DNA of 63,451 nucleotides, filler included, from Octopus bimaculoides (lineage: Eukaryota), in the NCBI RefSeq assembly GCF_001194135.2. It is 6 parts of 5 records of this genome, joined end to end, with 100 filler letters (N's around TTAATTAATTAA, not from the genome) between each part and the next. Parts side by side here need not be neighbours in the genome. Positions count along the whole stretch, not along the records: positions 1 to 12,555 come from NC_068990.1; 5 more parts are not named here. One strand, written 5' to 3'. This document shows, piece after piece, positions 1 to 11,219 of this stretch. The position numbers and the translations under genes were made by a program. Within the stretch, counting starts at the first letter, position 1, and the number at the start of each line of letters is the position of its first letter. The notes beneath the pieces were generated by a model that saw only the letters and a program-made list of their open reading frames with translations, had not been told where the DNA came from and ran no database searches.

Positions 1-525
1 TTTGAAATGCAGATTTCTTTTTGTTTTTTTGCAGATTCGGAATCTCTGCAGTTAAAAAAGTGGGTTTCTGTAGAAAAAAAAACGAAAAGAGGTGCAGTCC
101 ATGTCCTTTACCTCCACCAAGTAATTTACCAACATTAAACCAAAAATTATCAAGAAAGTATCAATGAAGCAAATGAAAAATTGTAAAAAAAAAAAAAAAA
201 AAGGAAAATAATAAGTAATAAATATACACAGAAAATAAAAACCATGTCAGATGGAAATAAATTATATGTTTTGTAACAGATTTTACTAAATAAAAAATAA
301 TTATACAGGTGAGAATTACATGAAATAAAAATGTGGTCCGAAAACTGGTGGAATAAATTTCTGCTGTATTCATCCCATTCTGGACAGTTTTGATTTTTTA
401 GAAAAATAAAATAGAAAGTTATGTGAAAAACACGTGTTTTTTTTCTTTTTTTTTTTGTAATATGTATTATTATAAAAGAGAAAGTATGTGTATGCGTGAG
501 ATAAACAGGAAGTATATGGACGGAC

Positions 526-2040
526 TTAGGTTTTGAGTACAGTGGTAGCTACTAATAAATAACCACCGGTACCGCTCATGTTTACAAGAGGGTGGGTCCT
601 CATAGGTAAAACCTGGAACTCTCGCAACCACGTTTCTGTTAAACGGAAATTTACCAAACATCCAAGTTCTCGCAGCTGAGCATAACATTCCAACAAGCTC
701 TCCTTGTATTGGGAATACACGACGATTTGTCGTGATGGTCGAAGATACCGTAGTAAGTTTAATACTAGAGGGGTCGGATAAAATTTAGAAGCAATTATAA
801 TAGAATCCAGTTCTTTACTGACCATCAGGCTTTGTGTTGTAACCAACTTTTTGGCAAAACTTTCGCGTTTTGCTTCACGATTTTCGAATGTCCCACGATA
901 TCGTTTTTTCTCTGGTTTCACACTATCCACAGAGTCAACAGTTTCATTTTGTTTTTCCTCTAAAGATGTCGATTTAGAATTAATTGCGCTGCTGTCCACA
1001 TCGTTTTTACTTGTATCTTCGCAATTGTCAGATTCTTCATTCTTCATTTCACTTTTGTTATCATTTGTGTCTTCGGGCGAAAGTTCTGGGTTCGATTCCA
1101 ACTCATTATCGGTAACTTCAGACTTGACAATAGTAGCTGCAGTTTCGCTACTTTCCTCGTTGTCAGGGCAAGTTTCGAGTTTGAGCTCCTTCACTTTTGG
1201 TTCGTTTTCGTCAACAGCTGTAGGTTTACTTTCATCATCAGTTACAATGTTACCGGTGTGCTTCAGTAAGTTCAATTTCTCCATGGGGAACGAATGTAAT
1301 GTATCCATGTGGTCTTGATCGAAATCGTAACATTCAACAGCAGGACGTGAAGGGTTTTGGCCATGATAAACATGGATCACATTTCCTCGGCCACCTAACC
1401 GCTCCATAACTGCCCCAACAACGATTCCAAGACAAGTGTCTACCACAGCAACGTTCATATCGGCACGAATGTTACCTAACATGAGAATCTGAGCCAAAGA
1501 ATCGATTCTCAAGTGACACATTTTGGCAGGGCTTTTCGCAAAATACATTTCGATTAGTATTCTTGTGGTCGGTCGTAGAACTACGAAGACTAACATGTAT
1601 TTTCGTTTCTTTTTCTTAATATATTTGTCCTGGGCGTATTCAGTCTTCAGAGAAAATGTCGAACTGTTTTCAATGAGACGTCCAATGATGCTTTCGCCAG
1701 CCAAACCATCTTTTTTCATGGCCATTATTTCCTCATGTGACAACTGCTGGTTACTGTCTTTACCAACAATATTACGGTTGTCAACACCTTTTCCACAATC
1801 AGGAATGTTAACCTTCCACGAATGACGATCAACTTGGACGATGGTGTCATTCTTCACTTCGAATCTGGAACCATACGGACAGCCAACCATGCCATCCAGT
1901 TTAAATTTGTGCTTATCAACGAAGACATAACGATTTAAACGAACCTGCATGATTCTGTAGGAGTCATCACGCTTCATGACGATGTGGTCGCCTTCCTTTA
2001 TGATCTTTCTGGCTGACATCCTAACAACACTATCTTCCAT
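526..2040 (-). CDS. TRMT6: tRNA (adenine(58)-N1)-methyltransferase non-catalytic subunit TRM6 (Gcd10 family), intronless, 504 aa
   Basis: Uninterrupted ORF with Gcd10/TRM6 motifs: IIKEGDHIV, DNRNIV..SNQQLSHEEI, LIENSSTFSLKTEYAQDKYIKKK, RIDSLAQIL, and C-terminal ETWLREFQVLPMRTHP...SGTGGYLL. The first ATG is at 2040; the track start at 2043 is a GTG. The stop TAA is at 526-528. Confidence 0.95.
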   Translation of the reverse strand: MEDSVVRMSARKIIKEGDHIVMKRDDSYRIMQVRLNRYVFVDKHKFKLDGMVGCPYGSRFEVKNDTIVQVDRHSWKVNIPDCGKGVDNRNIVGKDSNQQLSHEEIMAMKKDGLAGESIIGRLIENSSTFSLKTEYAQDKYIKKKKRKYMLVFVVLRPTTRILIEMYFAKSPAKMCHLRIDSLAQILMLGNIRADMNVAVVDTCLGIVVGAVMERLGGRGNVIHVYHGQNPSRPAVECYDFDQDHMDTLHSFPMEKLNLLKHTGNIVTDDESKPTAVDENEPKVKELKLETCPDNEESSETAATIVKSEVTDNELESNPELSPEDTNDNKSEMKNEESDNCEDTSKNDVDSSAINSKSTSLEEKQNETVDSVDSVKPEKKRYRGTFENREAKRESFAKKLVTTQSLMVSKELDSIIIASKFYPTPLVLNLLRYLRPSRQIVVYSQYKESLLECYAQLRELGCLVNFRLTETWLREFQVLPMRTHPLVNMSGTGGYLLVATTVLKT

Positions 2041-2945
2041 CACAATACGTAAGAAGGAAATAAATCCAAATCAAATCTATCTTTCCATGTGGGCAGACAG
2101 GGTAAGACAAGAGAGTAACGGCCCTTGCATAAGTTGTACTTGTCTACACACAAGTACTTCTTCATTGGTAATACCTTTGTCTGAATCGATTTTGTTGCAT
2201 CATCTAACTTTATATATAAAAATAGACGAGACTGGTTAAGAAAGAAAAAAAAAAAGCAGGAAGGAAAAAGAGAAATACAAAGAGGAAATATGTACATTAG
2301 TCTTTGACCAGCGAGATAGGAACTAAATTTCCCGCATTAAATGATGTAGTAGTAGACATATTTTGGAAATAAAATGAAATAAAGTTATGTTAAATCTCTG
2401 AACGAGGTATTAACAGTAACTGCACGACAACGTGAAGTATATTTGCCACTTAAATGCGGCTAAACCCTAAGGGTGAATGTTACTGTTGCTTTTAGCCCCA
2501 GCCAGCTGGAGGAGATGTTCTCCTGGGACTAAAAGCAGAAATAAAGTTATTAACCATTAGAACAGGATGTACATTTCATGAAGCGATTTTGTTTAGCTGG
2601 ATAGCAAAAGGTTAATGATAGCAACAGCTAAATGAATACATCACCGTCATAATTAATTACAATAATATTAATACTAATGGTTAAAACAGACATTTAGTTA
2701 TAATAATTAGTCTTGTTAACAAAAATATTTTTAACACTGACGACCTTTATTTGTCGTTCACCGGCGGTGTAAGTGTAACATTGAAAACAGCGTGGTTGTT
2801 TAGAATGTCATTTGAGGATTTTATCTGAAATGAATGAAAGAAGGCGATATATTTCTATTGATTGGGAAGTCTGTAAGTGTAGGCCGAGTATTCTTTAATA
2901 CATTATAATTGGAAAACTCTAAATTGCCAAAAAACGGATGAAAAC
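2041..2945. promoter_or_regulatory. Putative bidirectional promoter and 5' UTR region between TRMT6 and YARS2
   Basis: The two start codons diverge about 0.9 kb apart. A minus-strand polypyrimidine tract ending in CAG at 2232-2234 suggests a TRMT6 5' UTR intron. Confidence 0.55.
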
Positions 2946-3004
2946 ATGGGTTCAACTTTCACGTGGAAATATCTCACCTGGAGTAGATGTATAATTAACC
3001 GCAG
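2946..3004 (+). CDS. YARS2: Mitochondrial tyrosyl-tRNA synthetase, coding exon 1 (targeting peptide)
   Basis: ATG at 2946 gives MGSTFTWKYLTWSRCIINR, which is basic and lacks acidic residues. It ends AG|GTATGT in phase 2, matching exon 2. Confidence 0.7.
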
Positions 3005-3059
3005 GTATGTTAAAAAAAAACCCAAATACTCTTATAATGATGATAATGTTTTCTTTATT

Positions 3060-3330
3060 TGCCACAAAGGCTACAAATAAGGAGGAAATTATAAATCTGA
3101 AGGACAAACAATATCGGTTTTACACTGAATGTTGAAAACTAATAGGAAATACACTATGTAAGGAAACGTATTATTTTCTCTGGAAGGGTTGTGCCCATGT
3201 TTTTTTTTTCCAGGACCTCCGAGATAGATAGGGTGGAGGGAGGAAGGTATCCTCAAACCAGAGACCTTATTCGAATGCTGGCAGTAAAGCGCGGACTCTA
3301 GTAAAAGCATTCAAGGTGCCCTATCGTGTT
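3060..3330 (-). mobile_element. Degenerate L1/Tx1-like LINE 3' fragment
   Basis: Broken ORF resembling the Tx1 C-terminal region. It has a similar tail to the fragment at 4910-4985. Confidence 0.3.
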
Positions 3331-4529
3331 GTTAAACCGGATGACGGATTATCTACCGATACGTATATAAATAATAAATAAATTCCCAAAGGGAGACTCG
3401 CGGGAGCCTCCTTTCAAGCATGTATTTATCCTTCAAAGATGTGATCCCTATACTACAGTTGTTTGCTGAAATTAGGTTAAGTCATCCACCCCATTTCAAC
3501 AGAACTGGAGGGGGTACTACTTAAATACAGAGGTCCCTTAACGGTACTATTTTAATAAATGTACGCCGTGTGGACATGTAATGATACCTTAACCGACTCT
3601 AAAAACTAACCCTACCCTTCATATCGTTACGTAGATGCATCGGGGCCTCTTTATTTAAGTAGTGCTCTGGAGGGTACAGTTTCGTTCCCACGCTCAAATT
3701 TTTTAAGTAATACTTGAAGAAGTCAATGACGGCTTGGCCCGGGAAGAAGCTCAGTCATTTATCTTTCCAAATACATCCACCTCAACGTCATAAGATTGCT
3801 TTAGTCATCAGACAGACCCCCCCCCCCNNNNNNNNNNNNNNNNNNNNNNNNNNNNNNNNNNNNNNNNNNNNNNNNNNNNNNNNNNNNNNNNNNNNNNNNN
3901 NNNNNNNNNNNNNNNNNNNNNNNNNNNNNNNNNNNNNNNNNNNNNNNNNNNNNNNNCGCCACTATGGTGGTTTAATCCCTGTATTTTTACTTTACCGATC
4001 CGGTGAATCGATTTCAAGTTACCTCGGCTTCACTTTACCTTCCGGTAACTTGAAATCGTGTTTAGATTATGGGGTGGGAAGATAAGATCGATCTCAGATT
4101 GTCCCTGGGTGGTAGCTGGAAGGTAATTTTCGTCTTGCCTCAACACTTATTTTTTGCATTTTATCTCTGTCATTTATGTAGTAGTTGGGGTAGTAGTATG
4201 AGTGGTGGTGGTAGTAGCAGTAAAAGTAGTTCTGGTGGTGGTGGTAGTAGTAGTAGTACTAATAATATATGACACCAGGCTCAGGCTAACTTAGTGGGTG
4301 GGGTAGTGGTGGTGGTGGTGGAGGGTTATATGAAATCAATTTCTGATCCCTAGAAGGGAGCCTGAAAAGGTGTAGCTTGAACCCTTTACGCTAACTACAG
4401 CTGTTTGAACTAAGAATGTAGGGAGTTGTAACTAAATACCATAAGGTACTCATATTGGCCAATTACTCCCGAGTCTGCTATTTTTAATGTCATTAAGAGT
4501 GATGACATCATCAATAAGCAAGGGACTGG

Positions 4530-4915
4530 GGTGTGTTATTGGGTATTGGCACAATCCCCAGCCCTTGACTCCAGAAAGGTAAAGTTGACCTTGGTGAAAT
4601 TGGGACTCCATCATTCTCTTTTATGCATATTTCTAGTTGAACCAACACAATCCTTTATTCCTCCAGGTGGAATGAGAGGAGAGGGGGTGCCTACCTTGGG
4701 TGCCTTCGGTGATAGGGGGTCCAGAGTGTGTGAGGCTTCTTTGGTCACCTCTTGGTGGAACCCCCCCCCCATTGGGCAAGCCTATTGTTGGTTTAATCTC
4801 CTTGTTAATTGTTGTTTTTGTTTGCTGTTTATGTGTTTAACCCCACTGTCCCTCATCTGTGTATCGTCCTTTAAGTTTTGTGCTCGGCCCTGGTGGCCAA
4901 TAAAGAAAGTATTAT
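4530..4915 (+). mobile_element. L1/Tx1-like LINE 3' end
   Basis: GGMRGE...AFGDRGSRV resembles the Tx1 ORF2 C-terminus. A 3' UTR follows, ending in AATAAAG and TTA repeats. Confidence 0.4.
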
Positions 4916-5111
4916 TATTTATTTATTGCCTACAGGGGGGGGGGAGCTAAACATAGAGGGGACAAACAAGGACAGACAAACGGATTAAGTCAATTACATC
5001 AACCCCAGTGCGTAACTGGTACTTATTTAATCGACCCTGAAAAGATGAAAGGTAAAGTCGACCGCAGCGGAATTTGAACTCAGAACGTAAAGACAGACGA
5101 AATACTGCTAG

Positions 5112-5305
5112 GTGGCGGTGAGCTGGCAGAAACATTAGCATGCCAGGCAAAACACGAGCAGCATTTCATCCATCCTTATCTTATGTTCTGGGTTCAAATC
5201 CTGCTGAGGTCGATTTTGCCTTTCATCCTCTTGGGGGTTGATTAAATAAGTACCAGTTATGCACTGGGATTGTAATTGATTTACCTCTTTCTCCAAAATT
5301 GCAGG
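5112..5305 (+). mobile_element. tRNA-derived SINE (GGTGAGCTGGCAGAA family)
   Basis: A/B-box-like head including GGTTCAAATCC. Related copies are at 4990-5110(-), 31805-31985(-), 32030-32225(-) and 58118-58335(+). Confidence 0.7.
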
Positions 5306-6715
5306 CCTTGTGCCAAAAATTGAAATCATCATCATCATTATTATTATTTTTTTTTTTTTTNNNNNNNNNNNNNNNNNNNNNNNNNNNNNNNNNNNNNNNN
5401 NNNNNNNNNNNNNNNNNNNNNNNNNNNNNNNNNNNNNNNNNNNNNNNNNNNNNNNNNNNNNNNNNNNNNNNNNNNNNNNNNNNNNNNNNNNNNNNNNNNN
5501 NNNNNNNNNNNNNNNNNNNNNNNNNNNNNNNNNNNNNNNNNNNNNNNNNNNNNNNNNNNNNNNNNNNNNNNNNNNNNNNNNNNNNNNNNNNNNNNNNNNN
5601 NNNNNNNNNNNNNNNNNNNNNNNNNNNNNNNNNNNNNNNNNNNNNNNNNNNNNNNNNNNNNNNNNNNNNNNNNNNNNNNNNNNNNNNNNNNNNNNNNNNN
5701 NNNNNNNNNNNNNNNNNNNNNNNNNNNNNNNNNNNNNNNNNNNNNNNNNNNNNNNNNNNNNNNNNNNNNNNNNNNNNNNNNNNNNNNNNNNNNNNNNNNN
5801 NNNNNNNNNNNNNNNNNNNNNNNNNNNNNNNNNNNNNNNNNNNNNNNNNNNNNNNNNNNNNNNNNNNNNNNNNNNNNNNNNNNNNNNNNNNNNNNNNNNN
5901 NNNNNNNNNNNNNNNNNNNNNNNNNNNNNNNNNNNNNNNNNNNNNNNNNNNNNNNNNNNNNNNNNNNNNNNNNNNNNNNNNNNNNNNNNNNNNNNNNNNN
6001 NNNNNNNNNNNAAAAAAATTCTCTACAAATTTAGATATAATCGTAATTTATGAGGTACATTTAGCTACTATTTCTGGCATTTGAATGACCACTTACATGC
6101 TCTCTCTGTCTCTCACATTTGTTCATCCAATGTAGTACTTAATGTTGCTTATTTACGGTAAGGTAGACTGTGCCATCGAGGTTCCTATCCGTTGATGATA
6201 ACTTAAGAGTCTGACGTCAGCGGAATCAAATGGTCGGCTCATATCATCTTCACTCATGCATTTCCTTCCTGTTTGTCTCTCCTCTTCCCATCACCTTCTT
6301 CGCTTCCCGCACTGATCACTAAGCCCATCTCGTCNNNNNNNNNNNNNNNNNNNNNNNNNNNNNNNNNNNNNNNNNNNNNNNNNNNNNNNNNNNNNNNNNN
6401 NNNNNNNNNNNNNNNNNNNNNNNNNNNNNNNNNNNNNNNNNNNNNNNNNNNNNNNNNNNNNNNNNNNNNNNNNNNNNNNNNNNNNNNNNNNNNNNNNNNN
6501 NNNNNNNNNNNNNNNNNNNNNNNNNNNNNNNNNNNNNNNNNNNNNNNNNNNNNNNNNNNNNNNNNNNNNNNNNNNNNNNNNNNNNNNNNNNNNNNNNNNN
6601 NNNNNNNNNNNNNNNNNNNNNNNNNNNNNNNNNNNNNNNNNNNNNNNNNNNNNNNNNNNNNNNNNNNNNNNNNNNNNTTTACTGTCGACGAAAAGTATAG
6701 GTTTATCGTGTGGTG

Positions 6716-7628
6716 GTGTTCTTTCGATATGTCTCGACAAAACCAAACCACTTCTATTTGGCTGTTTCCGTGGAAGCATTGTCAACTATCAGTTGACGAA
6801 ATGGGAGGACTAGAAGAAAGCTAATGGGTTATACGTGCGGACGTGTCTGTGTGAGTGTGCCTGTTTGTTTTTATGTGTTGTGGAATATAGATATGTAGTG
6901 GCGCGTGTGGCCGCCATCTTGGGACGTGCCATTGCGCATGTGCAAGGGATTTGCTGTCATTGGAAGTACCCGAGCATGCATGCGCAATGCAACAGGTGGA
7001 GAAAAAGCAATAGCGTCCGATCTCTTTTCTCTCTAGCAGCAGTGGCGACAACACGTATCTCTTTTCCATCCAGCAGCTGTGGCGACAGGACGTCTTCCAG
7101 GCTCTCTGACAACTCGACCCCGACATGTGGTCGAAGCTTCTTTGGTATTCTAGCGGCATGCCTATTCACCCAGGAACGAAATGGCTCTACACCAACCTAG
7201 AATAAACTATTGATCTGTTGTTACCGTTATCCCTCGTGTTGTTATATTTCTGGATTTTAATGATTAATATAAGAACTGGAGAGAGACGGCCGAGCCGTCA
7301 TATCTCATCCAATTCTTATAGATATAACGAAATTACGCCAGCAGTGTCTCATTTTAAACTTGAAGAATAAAAGCCTTGCATATTTATTCTTTCCTGCTTC
7401 ATGTTTGTATGCAAAATAATTTCGTTCTATCTATATTCCACAACACATAAAAACAGAACAGGCACATATACACAGACAAGAACAAGCGAACAGGCACACC
7501 CGCACACACGTATAACCCATTAGCTTTCTTCTCATCCGTCCCATTTCGTCAACTGACGGTTGATACTGCTTCCACGGAAACAGCCGAATTGAAGTGTTTT
7601 GGTTTTGTCGAGACATATCGAAAGAATA
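6716..7628. repeat. Inverted repeat pair (about 180-200 bp arms) enclosing a GC/CpG-richer core
   Basis: 6716-6892 is the reverse complement of about 7430-7628 (CTTTCGATATGTCTCGACAAAACCAAA...GGAATATAGAT). Confidence 0.75.
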
Positions 7629-7754
7629 CCCATGTGGTCTTTGGTTCCTTGTATGTTGGAAAAAAAGACTGGACTGGAATGGGTTTAATTATGGGTCTGC
7701 TCGGGCAAGTTTGACTTGGGGGTTAAGCTGACGCCCCCCTCCCCCGCACGTTTT

Positions 7755-8010
7755 AGCTCCTGTGCCATTAGTACGTAAAATGCACCATCCGAACGTGGCT
7801 GATGCCAGTGCTGCCTGGCTGGCTCCCGTGCCCGGTGGCACATAAAAAACACACATTACACTCTCGGAATGGTTAGTGTTAGGAAAGGCATCTGGCTGTA
7901 GGAACATTGCCAGATTGGAGCTTGGTGAGGCCTCCTGACTTGCCAGTCTCTAGTCAAACTGTCCAACCCATGCCAGCATAGAAAACGGACGTTAAACGAT
8001 GATGATGATT
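7755..8010 (+). mobile_element. LINE-tail/SINE family ending CCAACCCATGCCAGCATGGAAA..CGTTAAACGATGATG
   Basis: Dispersed copies at 10720-10865(-), 21255-21390(-), 25820-26005(+), 28870-29285(+) and 34775-35140(-). Confidence 0.65.
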
Positions 8011-8690
8011 AGAGTGTTGGATTTGCAGTATTCCATCTCTATATTCTTCAACTGACCAGCAGCTTCCCTCCTCCTATCTAAACCAATAAAATAAATCCCT
8101 CTTTCCTCCTCATCTTAATTCTCTCCATTTTTTTTTTACTTCCCTCTCTTCAAGACTCCCTTCTCTCTCCTCTGACATTTCAGTCGTAGAGATTCTTCAT
8201 TATTGTCACACTTTCATGTGCTTTGGACAGAGAAAAATCTTTCGCTTTCCCCCAAAAGACTTGGCTTTAAATGCCAGGAACTTATCTCACAATTTACATG
8301 TCTTACAAACAACTTGGGAACTCCACATACCGGAAGTCAGCAAGTGTATGGGGTCATCAGGAAAGAATGTGCGCCGTTTCAGGGCCTACCTCTCAACGGC
8401 ATCAATGCACACTCGTCCCCACCCCACCTCACTGATATGAGGCCCCGTTTGCTTGATCAATTGGTTATCAAATAAAGCTCAATAATCTTCAAGCCATCGC
8501 TCATTGTCTCTTTTTAACCAAATTCAGTGGTTAGCCTTTTCCACTGTAGTTTGGATATTGGTCATGGTGGTATTTACTTAACGATGAGTTAGGCCTAACG
8601 ATAACAACAGAACTTTTAAAATGTAACACTTTGCTTATCTGCATGTAACATACTTTATATATATTTATATAAATGTTGTATTTTTTTTAG

Positions 8691-8804
8691 GTTAAGGAAT
8701 TTTGGTAAAATACAGAGATGTCAGAATTCCACCACAATAACCAATAAGAATATTCTTCAGTTACACGAAAGAGGTCTCTTTCAGAATGTCTTTCCCCCTG
8801 AAAG
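8691..8804 (+). CDS. YARS2: YARS2 coding exon 2
   Basis: TTTTAG acceptor and GTAATT donor, phase 2/2. Encodes LRNFGKIQ...NILQLHERGLFQNVFPPE, matching the RGLF..FP segment of YARS2. Confidence 0.88.
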
Positions 8805-9042
8805 GTAATTTAATCAATTCTTTATTTATTGTTCTTTTTTTTTTTTTTTTTTCTTGTTTCACATATATTAAAGCTCCTATGATTGCTTGTAACCAACGGC
8901 AACAACCACTTGCCTCTGTCAATCACTTATTACATCTAAATAAATTTTTCATTTTTAACATTTTTTTCGATCCCAGTTACTGATGAAATGACAGATATTT
9001 ATTATATACATATATAATGAAGTTCATTATTGAAACATATGT

Positions 9043-9427
9043 ACATTATTTACATTTGACGGATATTTGTCCTCATCTTGTTTGTTGTTAACATGTTTCG
9101 GCTGATGTACCCTCCAGCCTTCATCAGGTGTCTTGGGGAAATTTCGAACCTGGGTTCTCATTCCTAAGGTATATGCCCACTGGCATATGGCGCAGTGGTT
9201 AAGAGTGCAGGCTACTAACCCCAAGAGTCCAAGTTTGATACCAAGCAGTGACCTGAACAATAATAATAATAACAACAACAACATTGAAAAATATCTTAGG
9301 AATGAGAACCCAAATTCAAAATTTCCCCCAGACACCTGATGAAGGCTGGAGGGTATATCTGCCGAAACGTTGTGTTAACAACAAACAAGATGAGGACAAA
9401 TATCCGTCAACTGTAAATAATGTAAAT
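9043..9427 (+). mobile_element. tRNA-headed element with a hammerhead-type tail, plus an inverted tail copy at its 5' side
   Basis: A box TGGCGCAGTGG (9188-9198), B-box-like AAGTTTGATACC (9231-9242), AAT/AAC linker, then a tail with GACAC-CTGATGA-A-GGC...GCC-GAAA-CGTT-GTGTT (9331-9376). 9043-9172 is a reverse-complement copy of the tail. Confidence 0.75.
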
Positions 9428-9624
9428 AATTCCTCATCTCTTAAATATAGAACTATATGTACAATGGTCAGACGGTTCTGGCAATGACCATTCTCAAAAG
9501 GTTTTTTTTAACGTGCTACCTGCACAGGGGTCAGTCCAGCGGCATCATTACTAATCTACCGATTCTACCCACTGTTCTTTTGACTCTGTTAGAGTACTGC
9601 ACAATTTCTTTTCTCCATTTGCAG

Positions 9625-9775
9625 TTCGCCAGATTTGATGAAGAAGTTACTCAGTGGCCCTCAGTGTATTTATTGTGGTTTCGATCCAACTGCCAGTAGT
9701 CTTCATGTTGGTAACCTTTTGGCTATTATAGCGCTGTTACACAGTCAAAGAGTTGGACACCAACCGATTGCTGTG
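9625..9775 (+). CDS. YARS2: YARS2 coding exon 3 (HIGH motif)
   Basis: Encodes [36 protein letters not shown], the class I TyrRS signature. TTGCAG acceptor and GTGGGT donor. Confidence 0.95.
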
Positions 9776-10206
9776 GTGGGTCTTTCATGTATTCTCCTTC
9801 TATTTGTTTGTGTATATATGTGTGTGTATTTTCATGTATGTGTATGTATCTGGATATGTGTGAATCTGTATGTTTGTGTGTGTGTGAGTGAGTGTGTCAA
9901 TGTATGACTTTGTGTATATGTCTGTATGTGTGATTGGATGTGTGGTGTGTGTGTGAGTATTCCTCTCTTTATGAGTGTGTATATATTCTTTTTCATGTTA
10001 TAAGAGATTGTTATAATCAATCTTGTCTGTTGGCTGTGGACCTGTGTTTGTACATTTGCACACGTAAATGTGCAACTTCCAATGTTTGCTCTTCTATTCA
10101 TCAGTGTCTACACACACACACACACACATACTCTACCCTACGGATTGAATTCTATATCAAGTAATGTTTGCATTACATATATATTTTTATATACTTTGCA
10201 ACTTTT

Positions 10207-10282
<76 letters not shown>

Positions 10283-10489
10283 TGTGTGTGTGTATCTAAC
10301 ACTCTTGATGCCATATTCTCCACTTTACTCTCTCTCCACTCTCACTTACCTACAGAGGGTCTTTATTGCAGACCCTCTATTCAGACCACAACCATTTTTG
10401 TGTAACCGTTCCCCTTCATCCACCTGTCTTCGTTCTGTCACCTTGTACAGAGTACCGTCATGTCAACTATTGTTTCTGTTGTTCTTCAG

Positions 10490-10668
10490 GTAGGTGGCTG
10501 CACGGCCAAGATAGGTGACCCTAGCGGTAGAAAGACAGACCGAGTGCCAATGTCCAGTGAGTTGATTGAAGAAAACAGTTCCAGTATCAAAGAGAGCTTA
10601 CAAAGAATATTTGATAATCACCGTGACTTTCTGTGGAAACAACCAAATAAAGAATTACCGGAACCTCT
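10490..10668 (+). CDS. YARS2: YARS2 coding exon 4
   Basis: Encodes VGGCTAKIGDPSGRKTDR. CTTCAG acceptor and GTGAGT donor, phase 0/2. Confidence 0.95.
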
Positions 10669-11042
10669 GTGAGTTGAACTTAGAAACTTAATTACTTTGT
10701 GTTGGTGTAGTTCATCATCATTATCATCATCATCATATGTCTGTCTTCCTTGCAGGCCTAGGTTGGACAGTTTGACCGGAGCTGGCAAGCCCAAGGTCTG
10801 GTTTAACATGGTTTCTATGGTTGGATGCCCTTCCTGACACCAACCATTTTACAGAGTGTTCAGGATGCTTTTTTTTATGAGGCACCAGCACCATTGAGCT
10901 AACCACATAACTTGCAAGACAAAGGCCCCTTCAACTGAGACAGGATGTGGCTTTGTGCCAAGCTATGAGAGATTAAACTATGAGAGAGGCACAGAAACAG
11001 GTGTCTTACTGTAAAAGTGATACACAGCTGCCCTACATTTTG

Positions 11043-11181
11043 TACATTGTTTACATTTGATGGATATTTGTCCTCATCTTGTTTGTTGTTAACACAACAT
11101 TTTGGCTGATATACCCTCCAGCCTTCATCAGGTGTCTTGGGGAAATTTTGAACCTGGGTTCTCATTCCTAAGGTATTTTTA

Positions 11182-11219
<38 letters not shown>

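Noticed and set aside
851-1318. 155-aa plus-strand Ser-rich ORF
   Set aside because: It is the antisense shadow of the acidic low-complexity insert of TRMT6.
2041-2043. Track start of TRMT6 at 2043 (505 aa)
   Set aside because: That codon is GTG. The adjacent ATG at 2040 is the plausible eukaryotic start.
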